The notes below the pieces were generated by a model that saw only the letters and a program-made list of their open reading frames with translations, was not told the origin of the DNA and did not search any database. From NCBI GenBank assembly GCA_964234715.1, contig OZ174276.1: a DNA stretch of 64,000 nt. One strand, given 5' to 3'. The translations under genes were made by a program, and so were the position numbers. Numbering within the stretch: position 1 is the stretch's first letter; each line of letters opens with the position of its first letter. The DNA is from Podarcis melisellensis (lineage: Eukaryota). This document shows positions 1 to 12,652 of the stretch, in pieces.

Positions 1-722
1 TTTTGATATAGCCGTTGATGGGGAAGAGCAAATAACTGGCTGGTAATGGTATGTTGAGCAACACACCCATCTGTGCTTTAGAGATAGGTTAACATGGTGA
101 TAGCTATAAACCTCCTGGTGCAGAGCAGTCAAGAACCTCTGGGATTGCCCCGAGTGTGTGCACATGAAACAGGGTTTTGAATAGGGTGGTGCCAAATGCG
201 ATGTTTTGTGGGGATGGATTTTGACAAGTATGATGCATAACCTTCAAATGCAAGTAAACCTCCAAAGATACCTGCATTGAGCTTGTTGGTTTGTTATTTC
301 CCTTTTTGCAGTGCTTTCAACAAAAATGGTGCAGAGCATTGTTCAGCCAACACACACAGATTAAAAACGGAGAGCAGTGCCTTGGTGTCCTCTCTTGAAA
401 GATGCTTTTGTATCTTTAGGAACTACATAGACAGAAGTAGCTGACACCAGAAAAGTGGCATGTGCTGAATTTCTCTTGAGATTAAAAGTTTGCAGCCTTC
501 CTTTCATCCCGTCACTCTGCACGTCTTCATGAAATTGATGCTTCTAATAATGAACCATCCTGGGAGCAAAATAGCACAATCCCAAAGAACGATAATATTT
601 CTTAAAAAATAACCCTGGACTTCCTAAGCATTCAGAAGTATGCACGTGAAGTAAAAGTAAAATAATAAGTAGAAAATGGTGCGGCGCAGCAAACTTTTTA
701 GTACTCTAGCAAACAATCTTGT

Positions 723-894
723 TGTCATTTTTGTTGTTTAGTCGTGTCCGACTCTTTGTGACCCCATGGACCAGAGCATGCCAGGCACTCCTGTCTTCCA
801 CTGCCTCCCGGAGTTTCGTCAAATTCATGTTGGTTGCTTCTATAACACTGTCAAACCATCTCGTCCTCTGTCGTCCCCTTCTCCTTGTGCCCTT
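723..894 (-). mobile_element. BovB (RTE-clade LINE) 5'-truncated 3' end
   Basis: Typical BovB 3' end reverse complement (gttgtttagtcgtgtccgactc..gaccccatggaccagagc..ccatctcgtcctctgtcgtccccttctcc). Flanked by direct repeat aatcttgt at 715-722 and 895-902 (TSD). Confidence 0.92.
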
Positions 895-902
895 AATCTT
901 GT

Positions 903-966
903 ACCAAGTCAGTATATATGCCCATCTAGCCTAGCATTGTCCACTGACAGCAGTTCTCCAGGGTCT
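903..966 (-). mobile_element. decayed SINE tail (Squam3-like)
   Basis: accaagtcag..cccatctagcctagcattgtccactgacagcagttctccaggg resembles the tail of the SINE at 21305-21455. Confidence 0.45.
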
Positions 967-2089
967 TGTGTTGGCAGATCAAGGCGGGTGAAGGAGAAAA
1001 GATGTCCTCTCCCCCTTCTACTGAAACTGCCCTCTTAGGGGCTCAATATGCAGTGGAGCATTTGTTGCAGGCTTGCATTACCTGAATTCTGTGAGGAGGG
1101 AGGTTTTGTTCCTTAGAATCAAAACATGGCTGGATCCTGTTCCAGTCTAATACAACTCACTGCAGATTTGTATCAGGGATCTCCGAATTGCTGAGCCGCA
1201 TCATGAAACTGACGATAATGGCAAGCAGAGCTAGCTGATGAGCACCTGGAACGAATGTGCTATGAAACAGACTTTTGGGACCTGTCGGTTATCTTTTGCA
1301 AAAACTCAGTAAGTTTTGTCCTTTGCTGCCTTTGAACAGAACTGTCCAAATTCCATTCCCTGTCCCACTCCATAAAAGCACACATGAATTTAAATCAATG
1401 TTTTCTTCCCTAATACACATAATAGAGCCATTAGGGTTAGTATCCCCCTCTGAGCAATTATTCTACTGGGTTTTTGTTCCTTGTGTTGTAAGCTTGATTT
1501 CTTGAGGGGAAACACTTTGAAGCAGTAGTAATTCCCATGATTTAAGAGTTTTTGTTCTCCTTAGACCAATTGCAGATTTGCCACTCTTAAAGGATAGGGA
1601 AAGGTCAGCACTGATGTGTAATGAATAACATCCTGTTGCCTTGGTTTTACGCTGTACTAGGAATGTTGACATAACTGCTTAGCGCTTTTACCACCAGCCA
1701 GATAAACAGAGGGTGAAGTGGATGACATGATATTATTATTTGATTCTAAGAGGAAATGGGGAGGTGGAGAGAAGACCAGCCTCAGACAGCTGAACCACTA
1801 TTGCCCTCTGTCATCGTCTTCCAAACCCAACTGTTACAAATATATATTTTTCCAATCAAAGAGTGGGTGGAAAAATGTTTAATATGCTGGGCATGTATGT
1901 GACATGTTAGTTATTATCATACTCCTTACCACCATCACTTCAAACCCCTAGAAGAGAATTGGCTATCTTGGGAAGCTTTTTAGAAGGATGTACTCAAGGT
2001 TCTCTTTGAATTTGTATCCCTTTAAGTAGTTTTGTAGCTTCTGTATGAAGAAAAGCTCTCATTTTGGACAGCAAATGCCGTTTTAATAA

Positions 2090-2215
2090 ACACATTGGCT
2101 TGGTTGGCTTCGATTGGCTGGCTGCCGCTGCTGGGTTTTGTGTTTGTCAGTAATTTGTCTCAAACATCCTTCAATGGACAGCAACCTGTAGTACTAGCAT
2201 GTTGCCATGGCAACA
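2090..2215. promoter_or_regulatory. candidate enhancer/promoter module: CCAAT boxes plus RFX X-box
   Basis: ATTGG motifs at ~2094 and ~2113. Perfect palindrome GTTGCCATGGCAAC at 2201-2214. No recognisable TE. Confidence 0.5.
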
Positions 2216-4654
2216 CCCGAAGACTTTCTGAGCCCGGAATCCTAGAACACTGGTCAACCGCTGCATAAAGCCAAGCAAAAGTAGTAGGTGGGGGGAGAAA
2301 ACACTACAGAGGAGGCTTCATAACAGCAATATAAATGAAGCAGCAGCTCATGAACCATGTTCAAACGTCAGGGGCAAGACAGGTCATTTGCATCACATGA
2401 TATGTATATCCCATTTCCTCTTCCTTTTGAAAGGCAAGTAGTATATAGGTTGTACAGCTGTGACCTTAAAAAGTGAAAAAGAGCCACAACCCACTGTGAT
2501 TCACCAAACAAATGGCAAAAACCAAAATCTGGACATTTCCCATTCTTTCTTATGCTTGTCTAATGGACATTTAAAAAATGAATGTGAAATATGTCTAATA
2601 TATGTGAAATTTTGGATTCTGATAATTTAATCTGCTGCTGAAAGCAGCTGGTTTCAAGGCAGTGAATTTATAGCAATGGTGAGGAATTGCTGGTTTGTAG
2701 GCTCACCAGGCCTCCCCATTTGGTTTGTGAGGTTGACATGCCCACCTGTCAGGCATGACGTCGGGTGTGGTGCAGATAAAGATGTCGCTCATTGTCCGAA
2801 GTGGGGTTTACAGGCATCACCAATCTGCTGATAGAGCTATGTGCACAGGGAAAGAAGGAAAACTGTTCACCTGATGTCATTGTGGGTGCCATTATGGACA
2901 TCAGGTTGGGCCTAGAGGGTAGGTGAGAGACATAATGATGCAGCCCATCAACCAGAACCAATTCCCCACCTTTGTTTCATAAATAAGGCCTTGGAAAGTT
3001 ATATATGATGAAGGCCAAAAAAAGTCTGGAGACTTGAGTGCCCACGGTGGCTTTCTGTCCCCAGTATCTCTTCCATTTCTACTCGTCATTCCATTTCTTC
3101 TATGCCACCTATGAGGAAGTCAGCTTCCACCAATTTCAAGGTAATTGTTTCACAAGGTAATGTCCCTTTGGCTTGTGCCCTTTGTTGACAAGAGTGCAGC
3201 TGAGCACTATACCAGAGATTCAACATTAGTTCTTGAGAGTCCTGAGCTGGATTGCCTTAGGTACAGGAATTCCTTGGTACTGGAAGGCAGGAGGTCACAG
3301 CAAATTGCCTGCTGCTTTTAAGGCAAGAGGAGGTGAAAATAAGTTCAGCTTTCCTCTGCAATGAGCAGATTATGCATCTGCTTCAAGTCAGTAGCAAGTC
3401 CAGCTGTGTTCTCATTGCCAGCTTAAAACACAGCTAGGTTAGACTTTTTCTCACTTCAGATAGAAGCTGGTTGAGGGGGAAAGCTAATCAAAATGCATTG
3501 TTTCATAAGAAACAACACTGATTGTGGCTAACCTTGTTTCCCCAACCAGTAATGGGAGCACACTGGATGCAGAGTAAATGGGAGTGTGTGCGCAACCTTT
3601 GTCTCTGAGGCTGAATCTGCAGACATTTTAGTTAAGCCACAGAATATTGAACTTTTTATTATTGTGAAGGCTCAGGGGGTACCATGGATTCTTATGCTTA
3701 TGGGCATTTCTCTACCCACATTTAGACAATTAATTCTTGCCCATAGCTCTGGAGTTCACTTTTTCAAATTTTATTGTAATATTTTCTCTACTGACAAAGA
3801 CATTAGTTGCACATGTGGTGTGTAAAGCTGAAGGACATTATGGAGTCAGCTATACAAATAATGCCTAATAGCTTTTGGGTACCTGCATATCATTTCTACA
3901 AGCCCTCAAGCTGTTCTCTTCACAAGCTAGCCAATATTGTGCCACTTTTGGAATCTGTCCTTAACGTTTTCATCCATTCCAGAGCGCTCATTGGCATAAT
4001 TGTCACTTTAATCATTTTGTACTCCTTACTGGCATAACAAAGTGGCTGTTTAGATAACAAGCCGTGGGCACTACTTCGAAGCAAAGGCAAATGTCTCTTA
4101 ACAAAAAGCTAACCAAAGAATGGTTTAACCCTTAATGACCGCAAACTTCTCAATTTGATCTTTGTTTTACAGCATTTGGGTTGTCCTCCGTGCAGTCATA
4201 AAACGCAGCCATTAACTGTGCCTTCTGAATATCTGAACAAATTACTGCAACTTTCCTACGCTTCGTTCGGTCTCTGTCTGTAGTCTCTGAATAACAATAA
4301 AATGTTAATGGAGATAAATACAGTTATCTCCCTGATGTCTAGTTTGTCACTGGAATAACAGTTTCGAAAATTGGAAGTGCATGAGTTTATATGAGCTTGG
4401 GCAGCTTAGCAAAAATATAAATCTGCTGAACTGAATATAGTAACATCTTGTATCACACACACATGGTTATGTACAAAGTATAAGGGCAAGGTTGGTATTG
4501 TTCACACAAGGTCTAGATTGAGCATTGAACTGAAGAAGTAGAAGGAAAACTTCCTACATAATTGCGTAGAGCAGAAAGACAAGCCAGCCAGAATAGTTTT
4601 ACTTTATTTCCATGCTGACAAGATTTAAGTATCTCTTGGACTATTGGCAGTAAA

Positions 4655-4830
4655 TGTTGGCATCATGACATGCACAGAAAATCATAGAGTGAGGGTCAGA
4701 AACAACGTGCTCCTTATTATTAGCCCCTGTCAACAGTCTGGCTGCTGCATTCCGGACCAGCTTCTGAACAGTCTCAAAGGCAGCCCCATGTAACCTGTTC
4801 CACAGTAATCCAAGTGGAATATAACTAAGA
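4655..4830 (-). mobile_element. L2-clade LINE ORF2 fragment
   Basis: Frameshifted minus-strand peptides LDYCGTGYMGLPL / VQKLVRNAAARLLTG match the L2 motif LDYCNALY.GLP...QLVQNAAARLLTG. Confidence 0.85.
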
Positions 4831-5065
4831 CTATACATGCCATACACATCTGTCGGGGACTGGCAAGGCTTGGAAGAGTGTGTGATGGAGGCAGGGGATC
4901 AGGGGAGTGACCCAGGAGAGGGGACCAGTGACTTATGGGGTGCCATGCCACCCACAAGGAACGAGCCAGGAGAAGAGCAGAAGTCAGGGCAGTCTGTGGT
5001 GGAAGAAGGTGACTGCTCCATATAGCCCAGATCTGTGGACAGCTGCCTACAGTCTAGAAACGTGT

Positions 5066-5807
5066 AATAAGAATAATTAATAATAATAACATATCTAAAA
5101 ACATAATAAAAACTTCCTTAAACAGGGCTGCCTTCAGATGTCTTCTAAAAGTCAGATAGTTGTGTATTTCCTTGACATCTGGTGGGCGGGTGTCACTACC
5201 AAGAAGGCCCTCTGCCTGGTTCCCTGTAACTTCGCTTCTCACAGTGAGGGAACCAGCAGAAGATCCTCTGAGGAAGACCTCAGTGTCCGGGCTGAGCGAT
5301 GGGGGTGGACAGCACCAACACTTTGAATTGTGCTTGGAAACGTACTGGCATCATTCAGGTGGAGATTAAATGAAGGACTATTAGATAATCAAATGGTCTT
5401 GCAGAAAGCTCAAAAAACCCGCGAAACTATTTTGAATTGAATCTGAACAATGGTACAGATTTAAATGTGGTATGGGATGCAAGTAAGGCAGTGATGAGAG
5501 GTTTCTTTATACAGCAAAATACACTGCAGAAAAAGGCAAGGGAGGAAAACAAAAAAAGGAAAAGTACTGGGAGCCAGTGAAGATCCTTTAGGACTGGTGT
5601 TATATAGTCCTGTTAGCCACTCCCAGTCGCCAGTCTAGCTGCCGCATTCTTGATTCGTTGTAGTTTCCAAGTTACCTTCAAAGGTAGCCCCACTTAGAGT
5701 GCCTCACAGTAGTCCAAGCGGGAGATAACCAGGGCATGCACCACTCTGACAAGACAGTCTGCGGACAGGTAGGGTCTCAGCCTGCATACCAAGTGGAGCT
5801 GGTAGAC
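5066..5807 (-). mobile_element. L2 LINE 3' portion (relatively young)
   Basis: Minus peptide LTFRRHLKAALFKEVF. (aat)n tail at the left end. Further L2 ORF2 sequence at 5565-5807 (gggctacctttgaagg, tcccgcttggactactg on minus). Confidence 0.9.
5349..5564 (+). mobile_element. L1/Tx1-clade LINE ORF2 internal fragment
   Basis: Translates (one frameshift) to SFRWRLNEGLLDNQMVLQKAQKT/NYFELNLNNGTDLNVVWDASKAVMRGFFIQ. These are the WRLN..LL and WDA.KA..RG motifs just after the L1 endonuclease. Confidence 0.85.
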
Positions 5808-6114
5808 TGTTAGCTGCCATCCATCCCCCAAATGCCTCCAGACACTCACATAGGACCTTCACTGCCCTCACTGGAGTGTATCTGGAGCACTGTGGAAGTT
5901 GCTGAAAGTTTTTCTTGCCAGTAAAGAGTTAACTTGTGCCTTCCTTACCTGGGACAGGCCATGACAGATTACAGCAACAGTGGGACCCCTCTCCTCCTCT
6001 GGCTTATATGAGTCGCTGATGGCATCGCTGCTCTTCCTTTTTCAAGCCCATCCTGAGGAGGGAGGGTGGGGAATCTACTGGCCTTTCCATCCCTGAACCA
6101 TCCCTGCCACATCC

Positions 6115-6225
6115 CTCCCAAAGAATCCTGGTGAATTTAGTTTGGTAAGGATACTGGATATGGTAGCTGTGTGATGGATAAACTACAATTCATACAGTTC
6201 TTCTTTGGAGAAGGGATATTGTTCA
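6115..6225. repeat. decayed lizard hairpin repeat (cccaaagaatcctgg..tagtttg..taag..aactaca..ctttgg)
   Basis: Imperfect inverted arms. Related pieces at ~48130-48210 and ~51290-51400. Confidence 0.5.
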
Positions 6226-6844
6226 TATGCACAACCATGATCAGAACTGAAACCACTAGAAACAGGCATAGGTGCCTAGTTATATTGGTACACAAACCTT
6301 TTGGATAGTGTCAAAACAGTTCTTTCCTCTTGAGTGGAAGCAAATTTTGTACTGCATACTTGCACCTCTGGGGGAGTGTAGGATGACAAGGATGCTCTGT
6401 ATGCCTCTAAACTTACTGGAGTATGCAGTAGACTGGCAGAACCTTAATTACAGAGCAGTGCTTCTTTATTACCTGTTCCCCACTGGACATTTCTGGCTAG
6501 CCAAGAATGGGATACCAGATGTCTGTCTGTGATTATGTTTGGTCCTGAAGAGCAGTTTGGAAGGGGCCCTCTCAGCATGAGAATGTAAATAATGCACATA
6601 CCAAGGGTCTTATTGGTTTGACAACAGCCAACGTACCATAGATTGGTCCTGTCTAAATGATTATCACTGTCTCCTTAGAACCATAAGGAAATTTTCATAA
6701 TTATTTATGCAGGGACAGATTATGCAGAGCAAAGAATAAAAAGCATTTGTATAAATAGCTAAGTGCTTTAACATGCTGTACTGGTCCATATCTGCAGCAA
6801 GGATTGTGTTTCAATTTATTGCAGCAAAAGAGCTGAGGGTTCTA

Positions 6845-6945
6845 GTCAATGTAAGTCCTACTCAGAGTAGACCCATTTCAAATTAATAAACTTAAGTTAG
6901 CCATTTATTCCAATGGGTCTACCCAAAGTAGGTCTAACATAGATT
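6845..6945. repeat. short palindromic MITE-like repeat
   Basis: cctactcagagtagacccatt ... aatgggtctacccaaagtagg inverted arms. A second copy lies at 60820-60920. Confidence 0.65.
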
Positions 6946-6992
6946 AAGGAAACAACCCAATGTGTGACTAGTTGAGTAGAAACCAGACTTAT

Positions 6993-7217
6993 GGGTGAAT
7001 TCGCATAATGAACTCCATCTGCGGAAGCCCTGTCTAGGAGTTGTGCCGCAGGACTGTGCCCCACGTCCCCCGCACCCCATGGCTTGGGGGGGGCAGGGGG
7101 TTGGGAGAACTCCCAGAACAGCATGCAGGGGGAGCAGACACGTGATTGTTCCATCTGGCAAGCTGAAATGCTTCCGCAGACAGAATGTTCATCATAGTGC
7201 AATGTTGAATTCCACCC
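6993..7217. mobile_element. hairpin MITE (possibly PIF/Harbinger-like)
   Basis: gggtgaattc..atgaac..tctgcggaagc pairs with gcttccgcaga..gttcat..gaattccaccc. Confidence 0.6.
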
Positions 7218-7353
7218 CAGGGCTGCTGTCATTTGCACCTAGGAATAAGTCCCGCTTTACTCGGCTGACCTAATTTAGAGTGAACTTTCATAGGACTGAG
7301 CTGTATAACTATTTGACTGCTGGTAAAAACATCCCTATGTTTGAAAACCTGTA

Positions 7354-7579
7354 CAGTGTTACCTCAGGTTAAGTACTTAATTCGTTCCGGAGGTCAGTTC
7401 TTAACCTGAAACTGTCCTTAACTTGAAGCACCACTTTAGCTAATGGGGCCTCCTGCTGCCACCGCGCCGCCGGAGCACGATTTCTGTTCTCATCCTGAAG
7501 CAAAGTTCTTAACCCGAGGTACTTTTTCTGGGTTAGTGGAGTCTGTAACCAGAAGCGTCTGTAACCTGAGGTACTACTG
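7354..7579. mobile_element. Tc1/pogo (Tigger-like) MITE
   Basis: TIRs cagtgttacctcaggtta / taacctgaggtactactg. TA on both sides (7352-7353, 7580-7581). Confidence 0.9.
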
Positions 7580-10224
7580 TACCATGAATATAGGAAGAGC
7601 CCAGCTGCATCCTAGGACATGCTGGGTCTTCTGTTCTTTGAACTCCACTGTTCTGTGACAATGCAAGTTTCCGTGCTTTATCCCAACATTGGATTCACCT
7701 GCTTCTTGCCCATTGCTTGGCCTGTAGGGTGGTGTGTGAGCCTTGATTTTCCCTGCACATTTAGCCAGCGACTATATTACTGAATATCCTAGGTGAAATA
7801 TCCAATTGGTATCCTTTGGACTTTGGGCAGTATTTGTACATTTGTGCATTTTTGTGTGCCAGAGAGAGAATGTAGAGGTTGTATTCTTTTTTTTTTTATA
7901 AACTTGTTTGTGACCTGGTACAATATAAAACTGACCTCTAACAGGCCCCGTTTCTCTCTGTTGGCTCCCACTGGGAATTCCTCCCACAGAATGACAGCAG
8001 AATCGGGCCATTAGTTTGAAAAAGCAAATGCATGGAATGCTATAAAAAATTGCTGTAAGTTGCCTTCCATACTGATTTCCCAAATGGCAGAAAAGCTAGC
8101 CCTCAAAATGCATCATGCATTTTTAATGACTCAGGCATTCATTGTCTCAACTTTGTCTTGTCATTTTGTTTGGACAGGCAAGACCAGCTGCTACTGTCCG
8201 TTAACACTGGGTTTCCACATGTGTGGGACTCCCGTGATTTGCTCCAGCAGAGTTCTGGTTTTTCAGAAAGCAAAAGTGAAGTATGACCCACTGAAGGCAG
8301 ATCTTAGATTCTCAGTAGCAACAGTATAGGATCTGGAAAGCTTTCCTCCCACCTTTTCCCAAGTTAGTTCCTCCAATACATGAAGTCAGGTAGACCTCAA
8401 CTGGCTGAAGTTTTCTTTTGCTTGAAAACATGATTTGTGTATAAAAGGTGTGTGTGCTTTATTCCAAAGTTCCTTTATCTCAAAAAGTCAGAAGCTGTAA
8501 CTTGGGCTATATCCTATGAAAATGGTGTGTGGGAGATTATTAGGCTTTTGTGTTACTGTCTTTGCTTTTCTTTCTAGTATTGCACTACAATCCTAGGAGA
8601 TTTTTTAAATCTCTATTTTTTAAAAAAATTAATTAAATGTTTATTGGTTTAAAAATATACAAACTACATTTAAAAGGCTTCTCAAACCCCCCTCAACACC
8701 TTGAGAATTTTAAAAACCCTCTTTAAAAACTGGAAAATGGAAGTATTCAATATTGCTCTTGTATTTTTTTTTAAAAAAGCTTTGCAATTTCAAATGTTAA
8801 AATAAATTCAAAGGAGTAGTCAAAACAAACTCATCTGCATACATGTACAGCTCACCATATATCTTACTTTATAGGTGGAGATGCTGTAACGTTGTAGCCT
8901 TTCACTTTAGCCTGTTTTTAAATGCAGCCAATGGGCCTTGATGCGGCGATTGGGCCTTATTTTGAGGGATGAACAAGTCTGTGAGATTCCCTTTTCTTTC
9001 ATTTTGTTGATTGGCATTGCAGCTGGCTTCCTTGCCTCCATAATGATATAACATTCTTTAAGTGGCTTTCATATCTCTGGAAGCCTTTAGTATGGATGTT
9101 TGGTCTCCATCTGGTCTGCTATTGCCTTCTTGTACAGGCAGACAGACCAATTACTCTTGGTAGAGTCTCAAAGTGGTGGTTAGATCAGATGTTAACCTAC
9201 GCAGAGTTTTGAGTTACCAAATTGAGAAGTTGCTCAGCCATTGGATGACTTTATTGTCACAGAGGCCTATTGACTATCCAAAAGAGAGCTTTTGTACTCA
9301 TGTAAGTGTTTCATATTGTCTACCAAGGACTTATTTTTGCATTATATTTTTGTTACAAATTAAGAGAAGTTTAATAATCTGGGATTTAACCTGGAGAAGC
9401 AATCACTCTTTGAAGGGGGCAGGACCAGAACCAGGAATTGGGGGTTTGGGGCACATGCAATGGCCTACAGTCCAGCAGGGGACCCTTTGCCAAACTTAAG
9501 AATGTCCTGGCCCTTTCTTCTCCCTGTTGTTACTTCCTATTCATGTTCCCTTGGCAAGTGAGCAGAAACCTCCGCATAACTTTATCTCTCCCTGGGAAGT
9601 GGCACAGATTGGGCCCAGAGGCAAGCAAATGGGGAGCTGTAGCAGTGGTGAGGAAAAGGAGATGGGCACACAATTAGAAAGTAACTCTTCCTGAAAGGAT
9701 CTTGCCCAAGGGCCTCCCAAAGCCTAGAGCCAACACTAAAGGAGGAACCCATGTCTGAATTCTGTAGATCAATTAACAACTCTGTATGTATGCAGGGGCA
9801 CCGAGACTCAGGTTTTGACGTATGCGCTCTAGTCTTTGAGACATTGGTTGAAAACTGAGCATGCTTACTTAGCATCTAGTAAAGTTGGGTCTTCATTTGA
9901 CATGAAGGAAACATCATCCGTCCCCACCCACAAGCCCATCTTTATTCAAAGTTTTGAGATCAAACTATTCCAGCAGTGTTGGCTAGCTAATTATGTTTCT
10001 TGAATCTGACAATATTCAGAACACTGCAAGAGGAAGTGATCCTATCTTTATATTGTCTCAAAAGGAGTTCCAAAATTCCAGAGCAGATGGAGCACTCCAA
10101 TATGTAATGGTGGTTGGTAACAATTTGTTCATTTCTAGTTTTCAGTCTAGATTATAAGATCCTACGTATGGTAATGAAAAGCCCCGGGCTCTGGAAATAT
10201 GAGTACTTACTATCACAAAAATGA

Positions 10225-10452
10225 TGTCACATGTGCACTGGGGGCAAAAAATCCTTTTATGCACTGTGACTTTCCTCCTTCCCATCCCCCTGTATGTGTC
10301 CCATGCCTTCCTCAAATCTGTTCCAGAGGTTTGTGGGAACAGATAGAACATACTTAGGTAGTGCTCAGGGGTGGGAGGGGGTGGAAGGTCCCATCGCACA
10401 AGTGGAAATCCTTGTACTGATAGACTATGATTTAATGCTACTTTGGATGCAG
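10225..10452. repeat. decayed hairpin MITE-like repeat
   Basis: C-rich arm (ttcctccttcccatccccc) versus G-rich arm (ggggtgggagggggtggaagg). Similar architecture at ~14330-14450 and ~52000-52200. Confidence 0.4.
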
Positions 10453-10638
10453 GTGTGTGTGTGTTTCTAGTTCACTATTGTCCATATGGGCAGTAGAAAA
10501 CGATGACAGACTTAACTGGTGTGCTGAACACCTAGCTCACTTGCCTGGAATGTATATGCATGTTCATGAGGCCCACACTTGTTCCCCATTATTTGTGGGA
10601 TGTCATTGCTGGGCCAAAAGTCTGAATTCCCACCAAAA

Positions 10639-10692
<54 letters not shown>
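10639..10692. repeat. compound (CT)n(GT)n microsatellite
   Basis: Directly visible. Confidence 0.98.
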
Positions 10693-10694
<2 letters not shown>

Positions 10695-12652
10695 CCTTGT
10701 CTTGTACAACCAATTTTCTTGTTACCAAGGTTTCTTTAATATAGACCTATTTCATTGGGTTGCTTGGCAACTTGATGTAATGATTTCGTTAAAAGTACAA
10801 TGAGAGACACAGAGCCTTAACAAACTGATGAAGGGTGTTTTGTCTAAAGCTACCTATTCCGTGTTCTTTAAAAGTGAGAATTAATACCTAGACATCCCCT
10901 CTAATTCATTATTTAGTGGAAATAAATGGTCTAAGAGAAGTGTTTAGATCGCCATACCATTGTTTGCTTAAGGCTTTATATTAAGAGTAGCTTGAAAGCT
11001 TTCACATTCTCAGTGATTGCCTATTTTGCCCTTTCATTCAGCAACATTTTCTGAAATAGTCCTCTAATAGGAACATTTATTTCAAGCAGTGGATGCACAT
11101 TTACGGTAAGTTTCCATCATGGTAGGGAGTTGGCGAGTCAAGACTGTGACATGCATTTCCATCAAGTAGAAGCAACTGACCTCTGAGATTCCATCCAGAT
11201 GGCAAATGGTACTTGGTTGGGAACTGAAGGTGCCAATATATCTTCAGACGCTTCTATAAAAGCAGCTGCTGGGGACTTGGAAGGAATGGCTGGTTCCGGA
11301 GTGGTGCTGCTTCAGATTAATATACGGTATTTTTAGTTTCCTGTTTTATGATGGGATAGGGATGCATCATCTTATTGGCAGCAAGTCACTCAGTGCATTA
11401 TTTCCATCCATCTGCTTGTCTATTCCATGCCCCTCATTTGAAAAATAAGAAATATGTACCAGCAGCTATTATTAGCTAAATGCTGCAGCAGTCTGCTATC
11501 ACAGATGGTATTCTAAGCTTTTGAGGCTCAAAACCATAGAAACTCATTACAAATAAAGAAGTAAAATGGGTATGATCCCTCCCTATGCAGGTGCAACACC
11601 TGCACAGGCAGTGTAGCTCAAAGGGCTTGATAAAGGCTCTGCCTTTCTCCCTGCATCCCTGCTCTCACAAATGAAGGCAGTATTAGCTGGCATTTACAGG
11701 GAATGGCAGGTCTGTGTCACTCTCCAGTCCTCCCCCTTCAATAATCATTTATAGAATTCTGTTCTTTAAAAAAAGTGATGGGAGAAGTAGCTGCTCTATA
11801 AATGCATTCTAAATCACCATAAATAATTTGCTTTTTGTATCATGGTAGAGGTATTCCACAGAGATAATAGAAAATGGGGAAGAAATACCTGTCAGCAGAA
11901 ATTAGATGGCCAGATACTACTTGAAATTGGTTCATAAGAGTGACAGTTGACCTCATATATGTCAGAACCAGCTAGTTGCCATTTCTTCTGCAGGGCTTGC
12001 ATTGCCTAATTACAAGCCCAAAGAGTGGCCTTGCTGGATAAATTGCTCCCACTTGGCATAAAGCTGCACATGGGAAATAAGTGTTTCAATTAAGTCAGCT
12101 GTACTTTATAGCAGTCTTTTATGAAGGGAGGACACTCACTGGGTTTTTGCCCTTTGGAAATTTGTTTTAGAATTGGTTTATCAAGAAAGCCCTTTTGTTC
12201 CACCTCAGAAGTGGCCTGTGGTGAAATCTAGGGCTTCTTCTATATGCAGATCAGCCACTTATTATCTCCATATGATCTCCCCCATGTATGCAATCTCATG
12301 AAGAAACTTCACTGTGAGCCAAAATAAATGGTTGGCTTGCATGTGTGAAGAAGGTGTAGCAGTTCACATGCACACACAATATCGGCTTCTTGCAAATGCA
12401 AACAGTGCCACTTAGAGGCTTTCTATTTTGGAAGTAAACACTTGGTACAGCATATTGAACTGAAACCACTTCATAGCTTAACTATCCCTTTATATGACAA
12501 TCCTGTGCTAGTTCTCAGGCAATTGGTAATGTAGAAATTCAGTGCATGTAATGGGGTACATACCCACTAAAACATGTACATCCATGAGCCTGACTTCCTT
12601 GACCCTTTCGTCCTATAAAAGGTTTAGAAGGTTTTTGGTATGCCACACATAA

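Larger units (their letters stand above)
4851..5966 (+). mobile_element. LTR-like element (TG...CA), interrupted by L2
   Basis: Starts tgtcggggactg and ends caggccatgaca (imperfect inverted termini). Purine-rich 5' part and AGTAAA near the 3' end. No clean TSD. Confidence 0.45.

Noticed and set aside
11199-11336. Short ORF MANGTWLGTEGANISSDASIKAAAGDLEG...
   Set aside because: Weak donor, no recognisable homology and too short to support.
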